A stretch of DNA of 63,989 bases, filler included, from Basidiobolus ranarum (taxonomy: Eukaryota), in assembly GCA_040143965.1 (NCBI GenBank). It is 6 parts of 6 records of this genome, joined end to end, with 100 filler letters (N's around TTAATTAATTAA, not from the genome) between each part and the next. Parts side by side here need not be neighbours in the genome. Positions count along the whole stretch, not along the records: positions 21,769 to 32,531 come from JASJQH010007543.1; positions 32,632 to 43,380 come from JASJQH010007544.1; 4 more parts are not named here. One strand, written 5' to 3'. Numbering within the stretch: the first letter of the stretch is position 1; each line of letters opens with the position of its first letter. The position numbers and the translations under genes are program-made. The notes beneath the pieces are model-generated. The model had not been told where the DNA came from. It saw nothing but the letters and a program-made list of their open reading frames with translations, and ran no database searches. Shown here one piece after another: positions 25,322 to 37,070 of the stretch.

Positions 25322-27832
25322 ATGCCTCCTTCTACTCTCTTTCGTTCGGAAGAGATGTCTCTTATTCAGCTCTTCATTCCTAGTGAGGTCTCTCGTTTGA
25401 CCGTTTCTCACTTGGGTGAAAGGGGTCTTGTCCAATTCCGTGATCTTAACCCCAGCTTAAGCTCCTTCCAACGCTCTTTTACCGCTGAAATCAAAAAGCT
25501 GGATGATCTGGAAAGACAGATTCGTATTCTATCAGAAGAAGCTGAGAAGCATGACATCCCTATTCCTACATGCGAATTCGATAGTCCAGAAGTTTCCCGT
25601 CCTCAAACCATTAGAGAGATCGATGAGCTCTACGAACTTTTAAACACTAACGAACAGAAAATTCTGCAATTGAACTCTTCTTATAATCTGTTACAAAAGC
25701 AATACTTTCAAATGATCGAACAACACTTGGTTCTTCAAGAGACAGGTGTATTCTTTCAGGAGGTTCAATCGGAAGAATCTAATATCGTTCGTTCATCACT
25801 CGATGCTACTCAAACTAGCGCTTTACTCCCAACTGATGTAGAAGCCGGGATCACTGATCCTTCCGCTCGTTCCTCCGCCGTAGGGTTCGTTGCTGGTGTT
25901 ATGTCCCGTCAGAAGATCAACACTTTCGAGAGAATTCTATGGAGAAGTCTACGTGGTAACTTATACATGAAGCAAAGTGAGATCGAGGAGCCTCTATGGG
26001 ATCCTCAGTCTGATGAAGCCGTTGAAAAGAATGTATTCATCATCTTTTCTCACGGAAAAGAGCTCCTAGGTAAAATCAGAAAGACTGCTGAGGCTATGGG
26101 CGCTTCATTATACTCAATCGATGATACTCCTGAAGAGAGACGTGCTCACGCCCTTCGCATTTCCGCTAGAATTGAGGATATCAAGAACATCATGGATAAC
26201 AATAACCAAACTCGTCGTATGGAGCTTGAAAAAGTCTCTAACGATCTCTCCTCTTGGTTCACCATTGTGAAGAAGGAAAAAGCCCTCTATCACGTTATGA
26301 ATTTATTCAATTATGATCAGAATCGTAAATGCTTGATTGCTGAAGGTTGGTGCCCTACTAATGATCTTGCAGCTTTACAATCTGCTCTTAAGGATTCCTC
26401 AGAAAATGCGGGAGCTTCCGTATATCCCATCATGACTGAGTTGAAAACCAAAAAAACCCCTCCCACTTATCATAGAGTCAATAAGTTTTCCGCTGGCTTC
26501 CAAGGTATCGTAGATGCATACGGTGTCGCTAAATATGGAGAAGTTAATCCTGGTCTCTTTACTGTGATCACTTTCCCCTTCTTGTTTGCTGTAATGTTTG
26601 GTGATTTTGGACATGGTGTTATTCTCAGTATTATTGCCGGTTACATGTGCTACAAAGAAAAGGTTCTGAAGAAGCTGGATGGTGGTGAAATGTTTGACAT
26701 GTTGTTTGGTGGACGTTATATCATCCTTTTAATGGGCCTGTTTTCCATTTACACTGGTCTGATTTACAATGATATCTTCTCTCGTGGTATGCCCATCTTC
26801 AAATCTGGATGGAATTGGCCCGTCCCAACACAGGAAAAAGAGATAATTGATGCTACATTCAACGGTAGCACTTATCCCTTTGGACTTGATCCTTCATGGC
26901 ATCACACTGATAATTTCCTGCTCTTCACCAACTCCTACAAGATGAAGATGTCCATTCTCTTTGGTGTGCTTCAAATGTCTTGTGGTGTCATTCTAACAGT
27001 TTTCAACCATGTTCACTTCAAAGATACCTATGCCATCTGGGCCGAGTTCGTTCCTCAAATTCTATTTTTACTCTGTATTTTCGGCTATTTGAGTGTTACC
27101 ATTATCTTCAAATGGTTAACCAACTGGTCCTCTAGCCCAGTCTCCCCTCCCAGTTTATTGAATATGCTTATCTATATGTTCCTCAGCCCTGGATCTGTGG
27201 ACCCCAAGGACCAACTCTATGCCGGTCAAGGTACTGTTCAGCTCGCTCTCATTGGTGTCGCAGTGATTTGTATTCCCTGGATGCTCTTAGCCAAGCCTTT
27301 CATCCTTAAGAGAAGACATAGAAATATGGTCCACGCCAATCCAATTGAGCCACCAAAATTGGATGATCCTCCTAAGATCACCGATGGACAAGCTAGCGAG
27401 GAAGAGGTTAACCAGGTATTCACCGAAGAGATGGAAGAAGAAGAAGAGTTTGACTTTTCCGAGATCATGATTCATCAAATCATCCACACGATTGAATATT
27501 GTCTTAATTGTATCTCGAATACCGCTTCCTACCTCCGTCTATGGGCTCTTTCTCTTGCCCCCGCCCAGCTTTCCGCAGTCCTTTGGGAAATGATTTTGCA
27601 GCTCTGCTACTCCATGGAATATCCTCTGAATATCGTTAGTATTTTCGTCGGATTTGCCATCTGGTTTATCCTCACCCTAGGTATCTTGTTGGTCATGGAA
27701 GGGCTCTCTGCTTTCCTTCACGCCTTGCGTCTTCACTGGGTCGAATTTAATGGTAAATTCTACCAAGGTACTGGCCACAAGTTCGATCCGTTCTCGTTCA
27801 AAACATTATTTTCAGGTTCTGAGGATGACTAA
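25322..27832 (+). CDS. VPH1: V-ATPase V0 subunit a, intronless
   Basis: LFRSEEMSLIQL, GLVQFRDLN, FERILWRSLRGN, TFPFLFAVMFGDFGHG, NSYKMKMSI, SNTASYLRLWALSLA, MEGLSAFLHALRLHWVEF. Confidence 0.96.
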   Translation: MPPSTLFRSEEMSLIQLFIPSEVSRLTVSHLGERGLVQFRDLNPSLSSFQRSFTAEIKKLDDLERQIRILSEEAEKHDIPIPTCEFDSPEVSRPQTIREIDELYELLNTNEQKILQLNSSYNLLQKQYFQMIEQHLVLQETGVFFQEVQSEESNIVRSSLDATQTSALLPTDVEAGITDPSARSSAVGFVAGVMSRQKINTFERILWRSLRGNLYMKQSEIEEPLWDPQSDEAVEKNVFIIFSHGKELLGKIRKTAEAMGASLYSIDDTPEERRAHALRISARIEDIKNIMDNNNQTRRMELEKVSNDLSSWFTIVKKEKALYHVMNLFNYDQNRKCLIAEGWCPTNDLAALQSALKDSSENAGASVYPIMTELKTKKTPPTYHRVNKFSAGFQGIVDAYGVAKYGEVNPGLFTVITFPFLFAVMFGDFGHGVILSIIAGYMCYKEKVLKKLDGGEMFDMLFGGRYIILLMGLFSIYTGLIYNDIFSRGMPIFKSGWNWPVPTQEKEIIDATFNGSTYPFGLDPSWHHTDNFLLFTNSYKMKMSILFGVLQMSCGVILTVFNHVHFKDTYAIWAEFVPQILFLLCIFGYLSVTIIFKWLTNWSSSPVSPPSLLNMLIYMFLSPGSVDPKDQLYAGQGTVQLALIGVAVICIPWMLLAKPFILKRRHRNMVHANPIEPPKLDDPPKITDGQASEEEVNQVFTEEMEEEEEFDFSEIMIHQIIHTIEYCLNCISNTASYLRLWALSLAPAQLSAVLWEMILQLCYSMEYPLNIVSIFVGFAIWFILTLGILLVMEGLSAFLHALRLHWVEFNGKFYQGTGHKFDPFSFKTLFSGSEDD

Positions 27833-30800
27833 GTAAGTCATCTAGGAAGAATTCATCAGTGTTACGTACCCGCATCCCGACCATCTCCCGGACTTAATAG
27901 TTTTTTGTTGTTTCCATCATAATCCCTAGATGGCCTATCTAGGCCCACTAGTTTACCACTTTATACCTAGTTCGAAATTCTTCCTGATGGCCCTTTTTAC
28001 AATGAATTCAAAATATTGGTCAACTAGACCATCCATAATGAAATAAAAATCAGAGTCTCATCTTGAGTACTCGCAACCCACACACACATTACACAGCTCA
28101 TGGTTGAGATTTTGCAGTGGAGAACCTTCCAAAGAATATGTCCGCTGCAGTGTGCGGAGACTTCTTGTTTCGTTGTGAGGTTATTATCATTAATGATTCC
28201 GCCAATCAGATCCATGAAAACTGAATTGAAACCAAGTGAGCATTAACCTATTATTACCAATTGAAGGACAATGGCCAAAAATGCTGACAATCACATCGAG
28301 GCTTACTGATGAGTTTCAAACAATGTCCCATTTCCAGCAACAAGCTTCTATTTAGCATTTCTCTCGTGAATGATCAAACCCCCTTATGGTGCTGACTTGT
28401 GGATCGTCAGTAGAAAGTGCTTTCGATATGGATAGCAATTGGTCAGAATAATGAAAAATAGCAGCCCTTCCAGCGTCCTTCACAAACCTCGGGATTTGAT
28501 CAGTCATGCGGTTCGGTGCCCATAGTTAATGGATTTAGGAGATTGTGATGCAACTGGTGGTTACACCAGACCTTCTTTCAACTCTATTTCTTAACATTGG
28601 AACGGTGTTGTCTCACATATGTATGCAGTGTAACGTCGTTCACTAAATTGAATATTCTTCTCGTACACTCAAATTACCATTTAATTTGATAGTAAGCATG
28701 ATGAGTGTGCCCAACTAAACCCAGGTTAATCGGAGGCAGTCTGTCATGGTCGATGTGAGAACGTGAACCTTTGGTAAGATTAAGCTGATTGTAGCAAGTA
28801 AGATAGGTTTTGGGTACGAGTGGAGATTAATAGATTGATTCCAGGTTTTTGTCCATCTGGTATCTTCATTACCAAGAAACACCTTATAAACCAGTAAATT
28901 GAACGCATTATCAATGCCTTTGCTATCCCTTCAATGATATGAGGAGTACTATGACCGGTTCTTGTGCTTGTTGTAGTGTCTCTGATGCTTCGTAGCCATG
29001 GAATGGGCACTAACCATTAGGAAATGGATGACTAAGTTCAGTGCGTACTTCTACCTGTCGTCGCACTAACCGTCGGGAATCGTATCACCTTATCTGTGTG
29101 GCCACGGAATCATCCACAACCAACCAAATAATCCCTGAACAGACGAGGCTCTCCATGCAGAACCCATAACAATCACTTCCCCATCGTTTCATCAGAAAGT
29201 TTAAAATCAGGTATGAAGGGATTGAATGCTTAAGACATTCATTCCATCAAACAAATTGATTATCATCAAGAAATCGTAGAGCGTGACCGGATTGATCATT
29301 CCAAATGGACAAACTCGATGTTTGGGGCAAGATCCTTTTGCCATATGTCTCAAGCCACCATTCTTACTTGAGTGGGATCTTCTGAGTTCATCCAATTGGT
29401 CAGCTTTCGTATATTAAGTTGGCAACTTGGCGATCAGGAATTGGCATCAATGTTTGGGAACTGCTAAGCAACAAGCACATCGATCTATGCCATCTATGAA
29501 ATGTTTCAACATGTCTCGATACATTCAAGTATAAACTTGGATACTTACATGTTTCAATCGGGTGAATGCTACGAGAATACTGACCCTGTGGTAACCTTTT
29601 CTATTGCTTGAAATATTCATACGATGGTTTGTGAGTGGCGCTTCTACTGATAATGGGAAGTCATGCCTGTAGCCTTACTTGGCTACTCTACATTCCTTGC
29701 TTCGATGATGCCTTATGGGGATGTAGAATGCAAAGGTTTCCCACCCGATATTGAATTTACATCGTTGTCTGCTCACTCGCTAAATATTAACTCCAATCAC
29801 TGCTATTGGGTAAGCAACGATGAAGCTGGGGATAGTATCGCTGTTAATCAGAATGGCCATATGTTAGCTCAGGCATCTTATGCTACCCATCTGAGGCATT
29901 ATTATGGCTCAAATTAGTTGATGGTAGTGTGCACCTCAACAGGATTTTGGTGAATGCGATCAAGCATGTAGGAATCTAGAGCCTGGTATGCTAAAAATGA
30001 TACCAAATGGGTGCAACTATATGGAATTTAATTACTCGTTGGTCATCTCTGGATATATTTCGGATAGAGTGGATGCTGTTACGCTATCAAGCCACCAAAA
30101 TTAATATGAAATAGAACCCACTGCCTTGAAGAGCAAACACCTCTAGAACATTAGTATGTGCTACTTGCGATCAAGTACGTTGTATCCGTATGCTCGCTTA
30201 TACATATGTGCATAAAGTACTCTTATAAAATCATCTGCATATACCCTTTTGATGATTACTCATAGTTGAACCACATCCAAGATCGAGCCATTGGCTGAAG
30301 TGAAGATATGTTGATTGTTCATATTGTTCCATTCACCAGTCCACCACTTTCTTAAGGTAAATATCTGCTCTGAACCCTGGCTATATATTGACTGCATATA
30401 GTGACACTTATCGCTGTAGCTAGAATGCGATCAATCAAGTTACTCCCACTCTGGCATAAGATTCAATATAATATACACCACCTCGGCTAGGCCATGCTGA
30501 CAATCTTCCTTAGGGACAATAAAATACATCCATTAACATACAACTGCAGACTGTTGCAGAAACATGGGAATCTACAGCCGCTCCCCCGTCATTCGTAGTT
30601 AATACCCGCTGAAAATAGTTGCATATTAAGTTAAATAATTTGCATCCTTCCTAGAAAATGGAAAAATTGTGAACCAACGATATAGTGAGTTATAAACGTT
30701 CTGTACTCCACTGAGCACTTTGGTACCTATGGATTATTTAATTTCTAAATCTTCTTCCACTTTCTCATGAGCTTTGAAATGAATGACAGTACAACTATTC

Positions 30801-32531
30801 TCTCATATAGGCTTGAAGGTTTCCGCAATGTCAATATGCTTTGCTTTTGCATACCATATCATAAGTAACGATAAGCATCTGTTTGCTACCAACTCCTGAT
30901 CAAATATTAAATTGTTCAACTGATTTTGATAAATATCTCGAAAGTAAGCCAAGGTAAATATACCAATAACTAATGACTGATTTACAATAAAGAGTCGAAT
31001 TTCACACAATAGAATTGATATTGTTGAAATCATGCTGTTCACTACCCACGAGCTCAGAATCTACAAACTTACCCTTTATTCCACAAAAAGCTTCCTTCGC
31101 TTTATTAGCATCTTGGCCAATATTACTACTATAGTATTTCTTCATTTCCCACCAAGTATGATATATTTATGGTTAAAGTATTGCACCAAGAATCAATTAG
31201 TAGAGTTCAGCTAGTTATCCAAATAATCCCGTGATTCCTCATCTTGCTCCAACTACAGTGCTGAGCATAACGATATTGTTTCGTATTATCTCGAAAAGCG
31301 TGATTGCTTTTATTCTGTTCAATAGGTAGATGCTCCTGAAATGCTTATTATCCTTATTTGTATTTGCACATTGCTGAGGTAATGGCATCCTTGTTCTTAA
31401 ATCTTTGGGCGAAAAAACAGCATAGCATCCACAAGAATAAGAGGTTTGTCATGTGGAATATATCTCTTAAGGTCTTCCATCTCATCTAACAAAGTTATAT
31501 CAATACTACCTTATAGTTCAACCTAGATCTATGGCGTAGAATGCTAATGATTTTGGAGATATTCTTTTGAGTGACATGAAACTCTGTGGATGGATGAATT
31601 TCGAGAATTTAAAAGTCTGATGCAAGTAGGCATTAGTGTTTAGTTCATGAGTTTGATCAGATTTTGCCTCGGCAGTTTGTATATAACCATGTAGTGAGGA
31701 ATAGTCATTTTTCCAATATAAACATAAACAAGTCAATCATCTATAAATATCTGCGGCCATAAACAAACACCTCTAAATAACGGTTGTATTTCAGATCCCA
31801 CTGTTTACCAAAATATATTGTCTATGGATCTAACTTTACTACTAATCTTGGAAACTATAACTTTAGAATTAATGCTGCTCATCTATAATTTTCTAATTCA
31901 CTAGGGCCTCTGAAATTACTAATAAACGCCCTTTACTCAATATATTAGTTTAAGCTCAATTTTCACACTTTTTGACTCTGTCATTAATATTAAACAGTGT
32001 AATTGGGGAAATTTGAGTTTGATGACTTAGAAAAAGGAGTTGTGACTAAGCAATGCCCTAATCATTCATTCAGTAGAAGTAACCTATTCATATATTTTGG
32101 AAAATGCAAAATAAAAACAATTCAATCGATTGTGAAGATCTGAGAGAGTTAAATGAGAAATCTTGGAGACAAGAGTACAATGTTGAATTTTAAGGTACAA
32201 CATTGATAATTTCAATATGTATTCAATATAAGTTCTTATCTTTGGCGGAGTATTCTGTGGCTATACATTGCTAACTGACTTTGTTGGTTAATCAATCTTT
32301 ATTCAACATCATAGTTAACTTTAGTCATGATACATATATCAGAAACAGAAAGCAACATATCTATAGCCCTTATATTCTAAATAGGAATATCTCTATATCT
32401 ATATAACAAGTATGTCTTAATACCCCCACTTATCTATTCTATCTTATTACACAAACTCCTGAATATCTCAAACAATTGATTTACTTTTCTACTATATAAG
32501 TCACCATATACTCTTAAGAATAAACTAACTA

Positions 32532-32631
32532 NNNNNNNNNNNNNNNNNNNNNNNNNNNNNNNNNNNNNNNNNNNNTTAATTAATTAANNNNNNNNNNNNN
32601 NNNNNNNNNNNNNNNNNNNNNNNNNNNNNNN
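32532..32631. other. Artificial contig linker
   Basis: N44-TTAATTAATTAA-N44. Confidence 0.99.
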
Positions 32632-33001
32632 GCAACTCGCCTCTGGCTTATTATTGGTCACTGGTCCTTACAAGGTCAACGGAGTTCCTCTCAGACGTGT
32701 TAACCAAGCCTATGTTATCGCCACCTCTACCAAGGTTGACTTGAGCAATGTTACCGTTGACGAGAAGTTCGATGATGCCTACTTCAAGAAGGAGAAGACT
32801 GCCAAGTCTACCAAGACTGAAGAAGAATTCTTCGATGAGAAGCAACCCAAGAAGGTCATCTCTGAATCTCGTGCCGCTGACCAAAAGTTGGTTGACAAAG
32901 AGATTTTGGCTGCCGTTAGTCAAGTCGCTCACCTTCGTTCATACTTGAATGCTTCCTTCACTCTTCGTAAGGGTCAAGCTCCTCACGCCATGAACTTCTA
33001 A
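32632..33001 (+). CDS. RPL6: 60S ribosomal protein L6 (eL6), 5'-truncated
   Basis: [36 protein letters not shown]...[19 protein letters not shown]. Confidence 0.95.
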
Positions 33002-33433
33002 ATTTCTTTGTTATCAAATTAAATGATATTTACTAGAAATCAGCTTGTTTGATTCTTCATGTTCTCCTTTTTCTATGAAATAAATGCCAAGCCAATCTTG
33101 AAATCCAACTACATGAATCCCATAGACTAGTTACTAATGTATATATGTAACTCTACTCAACCAAATCCTCAGCGGAACTGTTCTGTATTGTCACACGTAT
33201 GTATATATATTTTATCGAATTGATTTATTTAAAAATTTTCCTTTACCAAGTAAAAGTCTAATAGAAATAAATGGTCTAACCAAGTTGAATGTGATCAACA
33301 CCAAGATACTGCTAAAACGACGGGGAGTGAGTATAATGTGGAATGAGGATCACTTGTAATTTACAATTCTCAGAGTACCAGTATTGAGGAAAACATAAAC
33401 GAAATAGAATGTCTGATAACAATCAACACGCGC

Positions 33434-33957
33434 TTAAGCTTCGATTTCGAGACCTTTAACAGTCTTGAAGCACTCATCATACATTTCCTTGTAGTCTTCG
33501 AGATCTTCCTTGCCGGTCTTGCCACCAGGAACGATCATGATAACAGAGGTAGGTCTCTTTGTGGAAGCAGCAGTTCCCAACTCTTCCTTGGATTGAACAA
33601 AGCAGTAAGGGACGGAAGCATCCTCGCACATGACAGGGATGTGACTAAGAACATCCATAGGTGAGACGTTTCCAGCGAAGACAACCAAACTATCGAAAGA
33701 GATTGTTGAGTAAGAGATCAGACAGAGAATAAATACGAATAAAAAACTAACCCCTTCTCGCCCTTGCGAAGTCCTTTGACGACTTCTTTGACACCACGCT
33801 TGACGTGCTTCTTCTTTGAGGCCTTCTTCACGGTCTTCAAAAGCTTCTTGGAGAGCTTCTTCTCAGCCATGGGTTTGGCGATGGGGGAAATAGCATCTGG
33901 GTGAACAAACACATCTTCACTGGCTTCGACACTCTTTGATTTCTTTTCTTTAGCCAT
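33434..33957 (-). CDS. NHP2: H/ACA snoRNP subunit Nhp2 (L7Ae family)
   Basis: ISPIAKPMAEKKLSKK...KRGVKEVVKGLRKGEKG|LVVFAGNVSPMDVLSHIPVMCED...STKRPTS; intron 33690-33751. Confidence 0.94.
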
Positions 33958-34313
33958 GATCGTGGATTTGTCGATTACTTGAATGAACAACGTAAATGGT
34001 ACTAAAATTCAGTATTTTAGAAAAAATAAGAATTGACTGAAAAAACCCAAATAGAAAAAAAAAGAGTAAAATGATTCTTTTTTTTTTTCATTCAAGAAAA
34101 TTTCCTTTAATTCAAACTAACGAATATTAGTTTAAAAATTACCTAAATTATTACAACCGAAATTCTCTAAAAAAAGAAAAAAAAAGGATCTTTTGGTGGA
34201 CTATTTCGTGAATCTATATGACAATATGAAATTGATTATTTACTTGCTATTGATCCATAGTTAGTGGTAGTCCTTTGTTGAGTTCTTGAATAGATTCCAG
34301 TAAACTTTGAAAG

Positions 34314-35529
34314 ATGGTAAAAGGTAAAAGTGTAAAGAATTCTGCCTCTGCTAAAAAAAAGCAGCTTGTTGAGGAAAAAACCGCTCAACAAAAGCAGGAT
34401 TTCGCATCCATTTATAACCTTGAGGAGGAAGAGGAAGAGAGTGATGCCTCGATTGACGACAATGAAAGTAAATCCAAGCAAATTCCTTCTCGTAAAAACG
34501 TAAACACCGATTCTGAGTCAGAAGAATGGAGTGAAAATGAAGAGAGTGATATTGAAGAAGAGGCTCAGGATATCGAACTCGAACTTGAGAACGCCAGTGG
34601 AAGCGAAGTCGATGAAGAAGGAGAAGAAGAAGAGGAGGAAGATGCTGATGGCCAAGAAGGTGAATCAGGCTCAAATGAATCCTCACATACCAGTCCTATT
34701 TCTACAGAAGTGCCTTCCAAAAAAATCAACAAGAAAAAGGTCGTGAAGCCCATTAGCAAGGAGGAGTTGGAGCTGTTCCAAAAGGCTGCAGATAAGACAG
34801 GTCTTGTTTATCTTTCTACCATCCCGCCCTTTATGAAGCCTCAAAAAATTCGACATTTGCTTAGCAAGTTTGGAGAAATTGGTCGTATTTACCTAGCCCC
34901 CGAAGGTATTTTATTATATCACTCTGGGACCTTGCAACTAAGCACGTATTAATTCTTAAACCTTACAGACCACAAGATCTATCAAAGAAGAAAGAAGTAT
35001 GGCGGTAATAAGAAAAAGAAGTTTACTGAGGGCTGGGCTGAGTTTAAGGACAAGAAGTTTGCTAAAATTGCAGCATTTTCTCTCAACGGAAACATCATAG
35101 GTAAGGCAGTCTTTTACTACTCGCGTAATTCCAATTGCTAACGTGGTTTGTACCCTAACCATAAGGTGGAAAGAAGGGCAGTTACTATTATGATGACATC
35201 TGGAACATCAAATATCTACCCAAATTCAAATGGAATCATCTAACCGAAAGAATTGGTATGTTGTTACACGTTAGCTGGGTCACTTTGTTAGTAGCTAACT
35301 TTCCTCCTTTCTAGCCTATGAAAAAGCCATTAGAGAACAAAAACTTCGTGCGGAGATTTCACAGGCTCGCAAGGAAAACAAAATGTATGTTGATAATGTG
35401 GAGAAGGCTAAGGTTATTAAAGGTATCCAAGACAAGAAGAAGCGCAAGCTTGATGAAGGGGATGTCGTGCCTATCAAGAGAACCTTCAAACAACGCGAGA
35501 TGAAAACCAAGGAAGTTCTTGAAGACTAG
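34314..35529 (+). CDS. ESF2: Pre-rRNA processing protein Esf2/ABT1, 4 exons
   Basis: Acidic N-terminus; [76 protein letters not shown] at 35527-35529. Confidence 0.93.
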
Positions 35530-36036
35530 ACCATGACAACTGCCAGTCACCGTACTACACTTGCTCACTTAGATCCAAATGTACTATAAATTCTATTTGT
35601 TACCAGTCATTATTTTTGTCACCAGTCATCTAGTCACTATTCATAGATTTTACTTCAGATAACCCTAACCCTAAATAAACAGTATTGTAATCCGATAAAT
35701 CTCATTGTAACTGCAATGCAATTCCTTAACCCTAACCCTAAGTAAGTAGCCATTTAAACAATATTACAAGTAATCAGGTAAGTAATCAGGAAATGCCGAA
35801 AAGATTCATTTTATTCTATAGCAATGAATCGATAATGGAATCGATCGTCAATATACACAGTTGACAGTTTAAAAATTCGGAGCTCTCTTAAGTGAAAAGA
35901 ATACCAGAAGAAGTTTTATATCAAGGGAAGTTAAAAATGTTCACAATAGACCAGGCTGAAAGACAATAGTGCATGATCGTAGTTTAAGTGATCGAAATAT
36001 ATGTTCTAACGTGGAATATCCTGTGTGAATAGATAT

Positions 36037-36687
36037 TTAGAAGCGACCACGACCACGGGGAGTGAACCCACCGCGACCACGAGGGGTAAAACCGCTGCCA
36101 CCGCGTCCACCACGGGGAGTGAAACCTCCTCCACGACCACCACGAGGGGTGAAGCCGCCACCACGTCCACCGCGAGGAGTAAAACCACCGCGCCCACCGC
36201 GTGGGGTGAAACCACCACGTCCACCACTGCCGCCACGTTTGGCAACTAAGTAATTGATATTAAGTAAAAGGGATAATGAGAGCAAAATTAAATATATGAA
36301 ATGCTAACCTTTAGCTCCGGTAGTCTTGGGCTTAGGTAAGAAACGTTCGAGAGGTAAAAGCTTATCTCCACCAATGAAGACCTTATCTTCGGGCTTGAAA
36401 GAGGAGGCTACAATACCATCTTGTAACTTGACGGTGAAATAAACTTCAGTAATGGGACCAAGGATCTCATCCACTTTGCCGATTTGAGTCTTGTTCTCCA
36501 AATAGATAGGGGCGTTGAAATAAGGGATCTTGGGGTTGATTGATTTACAAACCATATCACCTTCACAATCATGAATGAAAGAGCCCATTTCGAACACTTG
36601 GTCAGGAGGGCCCATAGGTCCACCATAACCACCACGACCACCACGAGCTCCCCCTCTACCACCACGGCTGAATCCTCCACGAGACAT
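36037..36687 (-). CDS. GAR1: H/ACA snoRNP subunit Gar1
   Basis: RGG N-terminus, [12 protein letters not shown]...[26 protein letters not shown]...[12 protein letters not shown]; intron 36246-36308; C-terminal FTPRGGRGG repeats. Confidence 0.96.
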
Positions 36688-37070
36688 GCTATATATTTCT
36701 AGGGTTTTGTTAAAAGTATGTCCAAAACGTGCGAAGAGTAAAGAAATGACTTGGTGTGTGACTATGTCAACTTGGACTACGAAAAAAAAAGACCAAGATG
36801 AAAAAAAAAATCCTAATTCACTCGAAAAAGTGTTTATTGGATTACTTGCAAAAAAGCTATTAAGAATTCAATCAATCTTAAAAAAAAAGGGCTTATTTGC
36901 TCACAGGAAGTCACTGCAGATTAAAATCACTATTGGATACACCAAAGAAATCGCGCTGTATCGTATAGACGTTTCCTACTATAATATACAAATCCATTTT
37001 ATTCTCAAGTGAGGACTCTCTAGCGAACACACAATAGGTATATTGAATCGAAAGGGAATGGAGGTCACCT

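Noticed and set aside
28000-32531. Possible degenerate gene or transposon relics downstream of VPH1 (e.g. DITLLDE..KPLILV on the minus strand near 31430-31510)
   Set aside because: Fragments are short and stop-ridden; no family can be assigned without a translated search.
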